A stretch of DNA of 64,000 bases, taken from Paramoeba atlantica (taxonomy: Eukaryota; Protista; Discosea). The stretch's first letter is position 1, and every line of letters begins with the position of its first letter. The stretch spans positions 496,001-560,000 of the forward strand of contig CDRNVI010000002.1 of NCBI GenBank assembly GCA_977017575.1, given 5' to 3'. Under the pieces are notes generated by a model. The model worked only from the letters and a program-made list of their open reading frames with translations. It searched no databases and was not told the origin of the DNA. Positions 11,926 to 22,152 of this stretch are shown here, one piece after another. A program made the translations under genes and the position numbers.

Positions 11926-12550
11926 CGAAGGTGCTTTACATATTTATTCTGATGCATCGGTGAGTTCTGGGTTTATTGGGAAAATGGGGCTGGGAATGGT
12001 TGAAGTACAATGTGGGAAGGAAGTGTCAAGCTTTGCCATTTGCAAGGAAACTTTAGGCTGCGGCTCGCCGGAGAGGGCGGAACTATATGCGGCACTAACA
12101 GCCATACAAAGGGCACCACAAGATAGGGAAAGAATCATACTGCATACGGATTCCTGGGTAGTTTGGCATTTTTCAAATGTGATTAGAAAAAAGTATTATT
12201 TGATTGGTTTTGAAGGCCTTCCAAATAGCGATATATATTTGGATCTGGAACACGCTTTTCGAGGCTTAGAAGCGCGTAGTGTGCAGCTTTTTGTTTTTAA
12301 GGTGAAAGGTCACTGCGGAAATATTTACAACGAGAAGTGCGATTTAATAGCCAAAGCAGCTCTTTCGCGCAACTCTTCGAAGAAAAAGCGCAAAACCTCC
12401 GCCGCGACAAGCGAAGGCCAAAATCCTGATCTCCTTTCCGAGCCTGGCATGCCAGAGGTAGCAAAGATCTCTAACACCAGTGCCAATTGTCGCCGCGGTA
12501 GTCTACGGGACGGGAATCAAACAGCCCAAGCAAAGCGTCGCCCCCGCTAG
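11924..12550 (+). CDS. RNase H domain of the LINE
   Basis: DEGALHIYSDAS...RAELYAA...LHTDS...KVKGH..NEKCDLIAK. Confidence 0.85.
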   Translation, partial: DEGALHIYSDASVSSGFIGKMGLGMVEVQCGKEVSSFAICKETLGCGSPERAELYAALTAIQRAPQDRERIILHTDSWVVWHFSNVIRKKYYLIGFEGLPNSDIYLDLEHAFRGLEARSVQLFVFKVKGHCGNIYNEKCDLIAKAALSRNSSKKKRKTSAATSEGQNPDLLSEPGMPEVAKISNTSANCRRGSLRDGNQTAQAKRRPR

Positions 12551-13032
12551 AAACCACGAAATGCGGCCACCTACCAGGGCAAGCGATCACTGAGCTGTAT
12601 GCAGTGGGGAAGGTATTGGGGGGAAATTTCCACTTGAAAAATAAGTTGCTCGAAAGTAATATGAGGAAATTTAAGAATGAATATAGATAAATACTTAACT
12701 AACTCTATGGAGTTAGTGTAGAGTGAGTGAGTGAGTGAGTGTGACGCAGTTCAACTTTCGAAAGCATTTACCCGGCTCCAAGCCCTGTTGAAAGACTTTA
12801 GCCTCGTAGTATCAACGCACAAATGCTTGTGGTTTGGAGGGATGGGAAAAGTACCTATGCCTCAAGAGTTATGCGATGCAGAGGTAAGAAATGCGGAACA
12901 CACATTGAAGACTTTAGGCGCATTCATTGGGGAGGACTCTAAGATCAGTGAGCAACTTCTTACTTCTCTCCAGAAACACAACGACATTTTCCGTCGTCTG
13001 AAACTCATGGGGTTAAACAATACTTCTGCGAA

Positions 13033-13470
13033 TTTTTTTTTTTTTTTTTTTTAAATTTTCTTTTTTTGCAATTAATAAGGGGGGGAGAAGTATGAATCGC
13101 GGCATTGCCTCTATATTTTGACCCAGTAGACGAACCAAGTAGGTCCATTGGGGGGGGGGGTATACGAGTTGAAAACAAACAATCAAATTAGCAATTCTTT
13201 TTCTGTCCACAGATGTACCTTTTTTCTCAGCCCAAAACTAGCAATTTAGTCTCCCCTAAGTATATACTACAAACAAGAAAAACAGTAAAAATTAAAACAA
13301 GCAATCCATGCCCAATCCATTCGCGCGTTCCGGACCGGATCTTTCGACCTCTCCACGGCCTGACTTGTGAACCCTTCCCTTGTTATATGGGAGGGCGCAG
13401 GCGCGGGCCTGTGTCGACAGCGACACGGTCGCGAAACAGGATGCTGGCCGACGGGGAGGAGATTCACTTC
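13033..13470 (-). mobile_element. Short polyA-tailed element (CRE 3'UTR-like or SINE-like); homolog of 59507-59927
   Basis: Collinear with 59507-59927; ends TTATTAATTGC-A(n). Confidence 0.75.
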
Positions 13471-13505
13471 CTCTTTTTTTTTTTTTTTTTTTTTTTGCTT
13501 AGTAC

Positions 13506-14253
13506 TTTTTTTTTTTTTTTTTGACTTTATATATGTATGTACGGTATGACTATATGTATAAAACCTCACGAGCGAATTCACAAATGGTCCGAGCAGAAAG
13601 AAATTTTAGAGGCTCAAGAACTATCTGCAAATCCACTGCCGAGAGATGCGGTCCGGTACATCGAGAATACACCGATTTTCGTTTCCTGAGCAGAAAAGGA
13701 TTTTTGGCGCTCGAAAGAAACGCAAACATGATGTTAACCCAACGTCCCATACGCAAACTCTGCGCAGCAGCTTTACGAATTGTACCTGTCGTCACGCACG
13801 TCGACTTGTCCCTCGGCACTTCGACATCCGTTGAAATCATAGCGCAAAGAACCCCGCAAAGAATGATTTGGCACATGGTCCGAGCAGAAAGAGATTTTAA
13901 AGGCTCAAGAACTATTTGCGACACATCCGTTGCCGAGATATGCGAACCTGCCCACCGAGAATACACCAACGCATTCTGTTTCCTGAGCAAAAAAGGACTT
14001 TTGGCGCTCGAAAGAAACATAAACTTGATGTCATTCCAATGACCGATCCACACAAATTGTGCAACAACTCCATGGATTTCGTCGAACAATTCCCACGTTG
14101 ACGTGTCCGAAGGCACTCTACTTCCTCGAAATCCTCCACGCACTCCGATCGTCGCTTGCGGCGCCCCAGCGCCCAGGTACATAAAAGTGAAGGTTGTCAG
14201 AATAAGAAAAAAAAAATCAACAAGGTACAGAAACTGTATCTTTATCGTTAAAG
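13506..14253 (-). pseudogene. Retrocopy of a trans-spliced mRNA: SL, 5'UTR, 210-aa ORF (14182-13550), polyA
   Basis: SL at 14253-14218, ATG 14182, stop at 13550, A17 about 30 nt later; ORF has two internal repeats. Confidence 0.8.
14218..14253 (-). other. Spliced-leader exon copy
   Basis: ACAGTTTCTGTAC core plus 7 nt ending TTG, as in the kinetoplastid SL; no GT donor follows. Confidence 0.85.
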
Positions 14254-15610
14254 AAATTGTTGTCAAAATGCGTTAACGTCCGACAAAGATATCAAATGCG
14301 GGTGCACCATCCCGATGCTTCGGAGGCATTGACAGAACGTTTTGATAAAGAGGTGGAAGACGTTCTACAATCCTGGTTCGGATCACTCACAAAGGAGCAA
14401 ATAACGCAAATCAGGCTACCGGTGAAGAAAGGCGGGTTAGGTTTAACAGCGTGCCTTCCAACGAGACATGCCGCTTTTGAATCTTCATGGTTTTCGGTTT
14501 TTGAGCGCCCAAAAAATCTTTCAGCTCGGACTGAACAACGTGAAGTAAACGCAAGGGACAGCGCCCACAGCGACAAGGACAAAAACGTGCCATTCGACGA
14601 ACACACAGTAGCGGCAAAACTACATACGCAGGCGTGGGAATCTTTAACATCATCGACAGCGAATAGTGCCTCCATCCTGAAAGCGGTAAGTTACACGGGT
14701 AATGCAGAATGGGTTATGTCCAATGCAAAATTTGTGCCCTCGCATTTGTTCTCGCTTGCAATGATGCCGAGATTGGGTATTGCTCATCCGAGTCTACCTA
14801 AGCAATTGCTCTGCCCTGGTTGCAAAATGCTACTAGAATCGCAAACAATTTTAACACACATCCCCGGGTGTTCGAAGTGCCCAGGCTTAAACGCAACTAC
14901 AAAACATAATTCGCTAGTCAATTTTCTTTACGAGCTCTGTTTGAAGGCAGGCATTCCATGCGAAAAAGAACCGCGTAATTTCTCGACATATGCGTGCACG
15001 CAGTGTAACCAGAAAGTGGACTCCGATTACCGGCGGACGCATGAAAAGGTATGCGGTGGTCGTTCTTTTCGAAGATCAGGACCTGACCTTGTCGTTTTTT
15101 GGAATACAGGGGAAATTTTTTATGATTTCACCGTAATTCATGAATTAGCGCCATCGAACCTAGGTACAAACTGTGCAAAGCTGTTTCGTGATGCCATCAA
15201 ACGAAGGCATGACACTTACGTCCGACCCGGCACAATTCCTGAGGACATGTTCAGATGCATTCCAATGCTGTCAGGGGGGCGCTTCACCACAACACGAAGT
15301 CCCTTCTGAGTGCTCTAGCAGATGCGTGCTGTCTCCCCCGGAAGCAAGTACACCTCGAATTTCAGCTCCACCTGCAAGAGTTAAATGGGGCCGTTGTGCA
15401 TTCACAGCTGAGGTCTTTTCTGGAGAAGGATAAGGGTGCCGCAGAGTTGGGAATTTAGAGTTGGAGATCCATGGTCAAAAGAGAATCCGAACTTCTAATC
15501 GATATTAGAAGCTAAGTCAGACTGCATAATTTACAAAAAGGAAAACATATGATCTACTCAGTGGGTATTAAACATATTATTATAAGAGTTTTCCAAGCGC
15601 AAGAAAATAC

Positions 15611-15792
15611 TTAACAAAAGAAAGGGTCTTAACAAAAGAAAGGGTCTTAACAAAAGAAAGGGTCTTAACAAAAGAAAGGGTCTTAACAAAAGAAAGGGTC
15701 TTAACAAAAGAAAGGGTCTTAACAAAAGAAAGGGTCTTAACAAAAGAAAGGGTCTTAACAAAAGAAAGGGTCTTAACAAAAGAAAGGGTCTT
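15611..15792 (+). repeat. 18-nt tandem array (AACAAAAGAAAGGGTCTT)x10
   Basis: Directly visible; reverse complement AAGACCCTTTCTTTTGTT resembles the main satellite. Confidence 0.95.
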
Positions 15793-15838
15793 AACAAAAG
15801 ACTTTCATGCAAGCAATGCCAGCCACACGCAAGAAGAC

Positions 15839-15874
15839 CTTTAACGATAAAGATACAGTTTCTGTACCTTGTTG
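15839..15874 (+). other. Spliced-leader exon copy 22 nt upstream of a CRE ATG
   Basis: Same 36-mer; ATG at 15897. Confidence 0.85.
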
Positions 15875-15896
15875 TTTTTTTTATCTCCTTACCTTT

Positions 15897-18036
15897 ATGG
15901 GCGTGACTACTCGCGCCAAGGCAAAAGAATCGGGGGAAACCCCAATGATTTTGCCCCTTCCAGCTCGGCGGAGGAAGAAAGCACCCCCAGCGTCACCGTC
16001 CACACTCTCGGTCGCCCCTGCCCCCGCCCCCGTGTTAACACCAGAGAAGGTTTCTACAAGCATTGCCGACGCACAGTCAACGCGAATCAAGTCACCGGGT
16101 GTGGAATTCCAGGGAAGCAAGTTGTCCTCGCAGCAAGCGCCGTCCACACCACATTCTACGCCTTCCCCGCCGAGGGCCCCAAGGCCGAGCATGCATACAC
16201 TATCTCGGAGAGCGCGAGTGAAGGCGCACTCGTCTCGAATGTCGACTAGTCCCTCGCCGATATTAAACCAAATGCAAAGGGTCGGAGCGCACATGGAAAA
16301 AAAAGTCGGAGCGCACAGTATATCGGTCACAACACTTTCATACGCTAAGGCACTTTCAAGCTCGCCCGCTAGATCGCCACGCACAGCTAGAGCAGAGGAG
16401 ACAGAGGAACCAATCGACGACATAGTTCTGCGCCCGTTGAATCCGACGGCACGGATACTCTCCGACGAAGAACTGTTCCACCAAAGGAAAGAACGCAAAC
16501 AAGCTAGATGGGAATATCACGAAAAACTACGCAAAGAGAGGATAGCGAAGAATTCAGCTGCAAAGGCCATCGTTGCGCAGAGCGCTACTGAGCCACCCGT
16601 CCCATCTACTCCTCCTTTGATCCCTCCGCGGCTTCCTCCGCCACTTCCCTCGCCAACTCCAGCGATCAAATCCACGGTTACAATACCGGCTAAATTGTTT
16701 TCCAAGGATCTTCTGTCAAACATTTTTTGTCGCCGCGCAAAAAAACACCCGGAAAGTGATACGACCGCGATACTGACCGCGATCAGCCAGGTGGAAACAC
16801 CCAATACGTCAAAGGTCAACGGGATGGAGCCCCACACTCCCATGACGGGCAAGGATGACTCGTGCGAGATCGAAGAGAACCAACTGGTAAGGGAAGATCC
16901 CGCGATACACGCAGCCTCGTCAGAAACTGATCTCATAGAAACACCCCATAGAAACGCTCATCTGATAAATTCTAGCTCGCCAACGAGAACTCAGGAAATA
17001 TTCCATGACTTCACCTCGCCACCGCCAACGATTCCTTTCGACGATCGCAGCCTCGTTAAAGAGCTTATAACAAACGTATCCCCTTCGTATGATTTTCCGC
17101 TATCATCAGAAACAATTTTGAAACACGCGAAATCGGCGAAAACGGGCGAAGAGGTCGTTGTGGCTTGGAGTTTCGACCGTCAAAACAAACTTAACATTTC
17201 ATCCGGGAAGGTCTTAGGGAAGAAAGGAAGAGGAGGTGCGGCAAAAATAGCTGTGGAATATCTCGGACTTTATGGTCACCGCACCGGGGAGAGCCTTACC
17301 GGCCAACTACCCCCACATAACAACGTCCGTATCTACAAAATTATCTGGAAGAGCGGAAAGAATGTCGAAGAAGAGCTACATAACACAGATCAGCTTAATA
17401 CTACTTCTACTACGGAACAGGATCTCGATTTCGAGCCGCTGCCCACCATGCGTACCATACCTGCCGAATATATTCCCGGAGAAGTGATGATTTTTAGAGA
17501 CATACTTCGAGATTATCCCGACAGCAATTACGAGTATCGCAATAGAATATGGCACCGTTTGATGTCTGCTACGAAACATTCCTTAGCCACAATCCGAGAA
17601 ACTGCAGGCAAGAAGCGGCGGCGGAAGCCGCATCCCCATGAGGTGTCCCAGTGTTCACCTGCAGAGGAAAACCTCGAAAAGGCAGATATACGTGCGGCAA
17701 AAAAAGCTATCCGTCTTGCTTTGGAGGGTTGCACCTCCAAAGCAACAAAGGTTCTGGACATAGAGGTAAGAAAAGGTCGATTATCCGACGCTGAAACTCT
17801 TGCAAAGTTAGAGGCTCTTCACCCACAATTGCCGTGCAGTTTCCAACTCCCCACCGATGCACCCGCTATCGCATGTGTCACATCCGTTGAATTGCGAGAA
17901 GCAGGCAGACGTCTAGCAAAGGGGGCTGCTCCAGGTCCTTCTGGCATGACGGACGGTATCCTACGCATTCTTCTCGATGACGAGACCTGTTGCTCATGCC
18001 TCTGCCACATGATGAGGGATTTGGTAAATGGAAATT
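15897..18036 (+). mobile_element. CRE-like (A) 5' portion, truncated in early RT
   Basis: MGVTTRAKAKESG, VAWSFDRQ domain, LHPQ, GAAPGPSG. Confidence 0.85.
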
Positions 18037-18288
18037 ATAAGTATACGTTTAGAAATTTAGGATGATTGATATAATGGCCCTTCGGGGCACATAATATTTA
18101 TATTATGAGATATGATTTGTTTGTTTTGTTTATATAAGTGTACGTTTAGAAATTTAGGATGATTGATATAATGGCCCTTCGGGGCACATAATATTTATAT
18201 TATGAGATATGATTTGTTTGTTTTGTTTAGAGATTTCATTTATTTAGTTTGGTATAGTGACACTCCTTCTCTAACCTTTTTATTGCGG
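18037..18288 (+). repeat. About 250-bp repeat with internal duplication and GCCC-TTCG-GGGC hairpin; identical copy at 21636-21887
   Basis: Identity of the two copies; related to the reverse complement of 10906-11113. Confidence 0.85.
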
Positions 18289-18498
18289 ACGCGTACTACA
18301 AGGCAGTTGCAGAAGAAAAGCTACGGAACATGACGGTATCTAAACAATCGACGAATCGCCCGGCCTTTCTCTGCTACCGCTGCCACAAACCATTTCCGAG
18401 CGAACTGCCCGTTAAATCAATCGTCTACTCGCTTGACCCCGGGTTTTCGCGGAGGGGTGACGAGCGGCACTTCGAGTGCAAAGAGGAGTCACTAGGTA

Positions 18499-19647
18499 GT
18501 GCTCCCCACCCCTTACATCGCTCGTGCCTGTCCGCTGAAAAAGCGGCGGGTGATTTGTCCAGGTCTATCATTCAGCTCATATTTGCACTCTGCAGGGAAG
18601 GTGCATGCCTTTGTGGCATGTCACGGAACGGGACTGCAGAAGCCACAGCATCGGGTGGCGGAAGTAAGGACGTACTCAAGGGCGGGTCAGGCCAAACGAT
18701 CTCTAGAAGTATATCCCGCCGGAAACAAAATCAGGAAACTGGACGTGCAGTCTGCCAAGGACAAGCTAACATGCACAATTTTGAATCTACCAAGTACGAG
18801 CCCGCTAGCACACCAAATGAGAACCCCGATAAATCCCATGTGGACGAATGCTACTTGGCTCTCAAGGGCACGACTGTGGGGAAGGCTCGAACTTTTTTGT
18901 CGGGAAAGAGGGGTACCACCAGATCCAATACACGCCGTTTTGTTCCTTCAGCAAATGGATCTGGCACCTGCGACACTGTTGAGCTACACTTGCAATCTTC
19001 AAACCGTATTTCAGCTGAGTCAAACCGATCCTACCCCTCTCAAAATGTTTGCAAAAGCTCTACAGGCAAGAGGCGCTCTCGAACCAACGCGTCAGATGGA
19101 GCCAATCACTCCGTGGCAACTACGCCGGCTAAGGACAAAATTATCGTTAAGCGAAGGGATCGCCGCGTTGATCTGTTGGAAGGCCGCAGCCAGATGGACA
19201 GAAGTCGCAGAACTAACCCTCGAAAGATTCGTGCGGAATCAACCGAACGAAGTCATAGTCTATTGGGGACGGAACACCAAATCGACTCGTCTCAACCCGT
19301 ACCGCTTATCGATGTGCACAGCCATACAAGGGGAAGGAACTCTAGAGATTGCGGAATACGTCCGGTTTATGAGGAAGGGTCAGCAGGTGACAAGCACAAC
19401 GGTTCGGGAAATGGACGTGAAAATGAAGAAAATTCTGGGCCCCGGCTACGGGACACACTCCCTGAAGCGGGGCGCGATAACGTATCTCTTCAACGAGGTG
19501 GCGCTCGGACGCGTCGCTCTCTCAGACGTGCAAAACATAGCCAAACATCAATGCATCAACTCCCTATTACGATACAACGGGAACCTGATAACTACGGAAA
19601 AGGCGCTCGGTACGCAGCGAGCTTCGGTTCTCCTACCAACCCTATAA
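18499..19647 (+). CDS. Tyrosine recombinase
   Basis: WKAAARW, TK, THSLKRG, AKHQ, LLRY. Confidence 0.88.
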   Translation: MLPTPYIARACPLKKRRVICPGLSFSSYLHSAGKVHAFVACHGTGLQKPQHRVAEVRTYSRAGQAKRSLEVYPAGNKIRKLDVQSAKDKLTCTILNLPSTSPLAHQMRTPINPMWTNATWLSRARLWGRLELFCRERGVPPDPIHAVLFLQQMDLAPATLLSYTCNLQTVFQLSQTDPTPLKMFAKALQARGALEPTRQMEPITPWQLRRLRTKLSLSEGIAALICWKAAARWTEVAELTLERFVRNQPNEVIVYWGRNTKSTRLNPYRLSMCTAIQGEGTLEIAEYVRFMRKGQQVTSTTVREMDVKMKKILGPGYGTHSLKRGAITYLFNEVALGRVALSDVQNIAKHQCINSLLRYNGNLITTEKALGTQRASVLLPTL

Positions 19648-20253
19648 CTCAAGAGGATGTCAACCTTTGTTTCGATCAAATACCGCACGTTAGGCGATAC
19701 AGTGTTATTTGCGCGCGGCGCACTTCCCGTCTTGCACGTCCCGAAGACATGAACCTCCCCCTACACGTTAAGGCTGGAATACCCGTAATGGACGTGCAAG
19801 GTGAAGACTTGGATGTCCCCTGGTGCGCTTCACCGCCTGGAAACCGTGATGAGACACTTATTTGACACGCGACTTGCAGCGCAGACCGAACCAGCAATCA
19901 AAGGTAATCTTTCGGAAGCTGATGTCGTTGGTTTGCTTGACGCTGGAGTGATTGAAACAGTCGAACAGAAAGAACTCCATCAGCATCCGACTTTACAATA
20001 CGTTATTCCTTTTACCGTAGTTGAATCCGATGAGGAGGGGAACGCCCGGCGCCGATTCATATCCTGGACCAAGGACGACAATATCAGATTAAAGGACTAT
20101 AAGCCCGACGTTCCTTTATTGCACCCTTCTTGGTATCTGCATAAGGCTGAGGAAGAAGCAGGCGTTAAGCGCGACTTACGTTGCGGGTTCTACTAAATCG
20201 GAGTTCCGCGCGCGGCACGTGCCAAATTTCGTTTTCGTGACCAAGATGGAGTC

Positions 20254-21240
20254 TTGCACCAGATGAAAGTTATGCCCATGGGGCACCGATGCGCCCCGGA
20301 AATTATGCACAAACTGACAGCAGCTATCGCGTGCGACTCCGCTGTATACAAGCCCACACTGGGCTCCTGTATTGGCTCCGTGGATATTTACATAGACGGT
20401 ATTCGATTTGCCGGAACCCGTGAAGAATGCATCAAATTTGTTAAATTTGTTGACGGACGGTGTGCTCAAGTCGGTGGCTTATTTAAGGAGACCGGATCCG
20501 ACCCTTCCAAAGAATATGTGTTCAATGGAGTCCTGTACAATCATGAAACCCACAAGGTCAGCCTGGGACCTAAGGTTTTACAAAAAATATCGCGCGATCG
20601 CTATCGTAACATAACGTTTTCTCAACTGGAGACGGCGGTGGGGCGCCTCCTCTACGCGGCAGCGGTCTTGGGACATATCATTCCTGAGTATCATTTTCCT
20701 TTAAAGATTGTTCGACGACGGATCAATGAGCTCAATAGAAATCCCAAACTGGCGGAATATCCTGTTCCGCTTCCGACAGCAACTCGTTCTATCCTGGCGG
20801 ACTGGAGGAATATCATTTTACGGAACGAACCAATCGCACCGCCACCACACCCGGATGTCGTTCCTCATAGGCATAGTCTTTACACGGACGCGTCCGCTAA
20901 AGGATGGGGGGCAGTTCTGTACCGGGACGATGGTCAAGTGATCATTGTGGGGGACTCGTGGGAACCGGAATTTAAATATGAAGTTAATCATGCGGAGGCT
21001 ATGGCAGTTCGACTGGCATTTGAAAAACTGGGCCACCACTTTCAAAAGGGGACTTGTGTGGACCTCTTTATAGATAATACGTCGTGCAAAGCTGCCCTTA
21101 ATCGTAAAGTTGCAAAATCAGATAGCATTGCGGTGGAGCTCAAACATATACTCAAAAAGAATCAGAATCTTGGCGTATGCATTATGGCTCGCTACATAAA
21201 ATCTGCCGATAACCCCGCGGACCCGATTAGCCGGTTATGA
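20254..21240 (+). CDS. RT C-terminal part plus DIRS-type RNase H
   Basis: YIDGIRF, YTDAS, HAEAMAV, IDNT, NPAD. Confidence 0.85.
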   Translation: MHQMKVMPMGHRCAPEIMHKLTAAIACDSAVYKPTLGSCIGSVDIYIDGIRFAGTREECIKFVKFVDGRCAQVGGLFKETGSDPSKEYVFNGVLYNHETHKVSLGPKVLQKISRDRYRNITFSQLETAVGRLLYAAAVLGHIIPEYHFPLKIVRRRINELNRNPKLAEYPVPLPTATRSILADWRNIILRNEPIAPPPHPDVVPHRHSLYTDASAKGWGAVLYRDDGQVIIVGDSWEPEFKYEVNHAEAMAVRLAFEKLGHHFQKGTCVDLFIDNTSCKAALNRKVAKSDSIAVELKHILKKNQNLGVCIMARYIKSADNPADPISRL

Positions 21241-21635
21241 AAGTATTCAAATCAGAAATAATGTAGTACTCAAAAAAAAAAAATACTATATATGTAGGCT
21301 ATATATGTAGGTGTTTCAGTAGGTGGCCGCCACCATTTGCTGAAAACACATGCGCTCGGGTGGTAGTATTACGTGCGAGCGGGCTGGTTCGCGGAGTTGG
21401 CGGACGGGATGCCCGTTCGTAAGTAAAGGAGTTTGTTGTGGATTTGTTTCAAATACTGTAAGTTTGATTGAAATGGCCAGGTACCTTAATTTCTTTTCAT
21501 GGATAGGTGGTGAGGATACTAAAGCAGTTGAATTCTTTGAATTGCTTTATGAAGAAAGATATTACATGAATTAGGAATTGGTTTCATTTTATTTATTCTT
21601 GTTCATTATGTGTGAGAAAGAAGACGCTGATTTCT

Positions 21636-21887
21636 ATAAGTATACGTTTAGAAATTTAGGATGATTGATATAATGGCCCTTCGGGGCACATAATATTTAT
21701 ATTATGAGATATGATTTGTTTGTTTTGTTTATATAAGTGTACGTTTAGAAATTTAGGATGATTGATATAATGGCCCTTCGGGGCACATAATATTTATATT
21801 ATGAGATATGATTTGTTTGTTTTGTTTAGAGATTTCATTTATTTAGTTTGGTATAGTGACACTCCTTCTCTAACCTTTTTATTGCGC
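21636..21887 (+). repeat. Second copy of the 250-bp repeat, flanked by a 240-bp direct duplication (21392-21632 / 21909-22152)
   Basis: Direct comparison. Confidence 0.85.
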
Positions 21888-22152
21888 CCGCCCACCAACC
21901 CCCAACCACTTCGCGGAGTTGGCGGACGGGATGCCCGTTCGTAAGTAAAGGAGTTTGTTGTGGATTTGTTTCAAATACTGTAAGTTTGATTGAAATGGCC
22001 AGGTACCTTAATTTCTTTTCATGGATAGGTGGTGAGGATACTAAAGCAGTTGAATTCTTTGAATTGCTTTATGAAGAAAGATATTACATGAATTAGGAAT
22101 TGGTTTCATTTTATTTATTCTTTTTCATTATGTGTGAGAAAGAAGACGCTGA

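Larger units (their letters stand above)
6796..12550 (+). mobile_element. APE-RT-RNase H LINE (Ingi/I-group-like architecture), interrupted by two insertions
   Basis: APE (TLNT, LQE|TR, NVYGPT, GDLNA, LDHI), RT (KGDL..WRPI, QYGFR, DFAKAF, GILQGDVLAP, NYADD), RNase H (IYSDAS, RAEL, HTDS, VKGH..NEKCD). Confidence 0.88.
12745..15610 (+). mobile_element. 5'-truncated CRE-like (A) copy (late RT to RLE plus 3'UTR), split by the 13033-14253 insertion and frameshifted near 15290
   Basis: ...GLNNTSA|KLLSKCVNVRQ rejoins in frame; CPGC, ATTKHN, RSGPDL, FYDFTVIHE. Confidence 0.88.
18289..21240 (+). mobile_element. YR retrotransposon family 1 (gag end, YR, RT/RNase H); degenerate
   Basis: Broken CCHC knuckle (CYRCHKP/HFRANC); RT KRDLRCGFY*, PMGHRCAPE, YIDG; RNase H LYTDAS..GWG, IDN, NPADPISR; frameshift near 19800 and stop at 20194. 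Confidence 0.88.
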
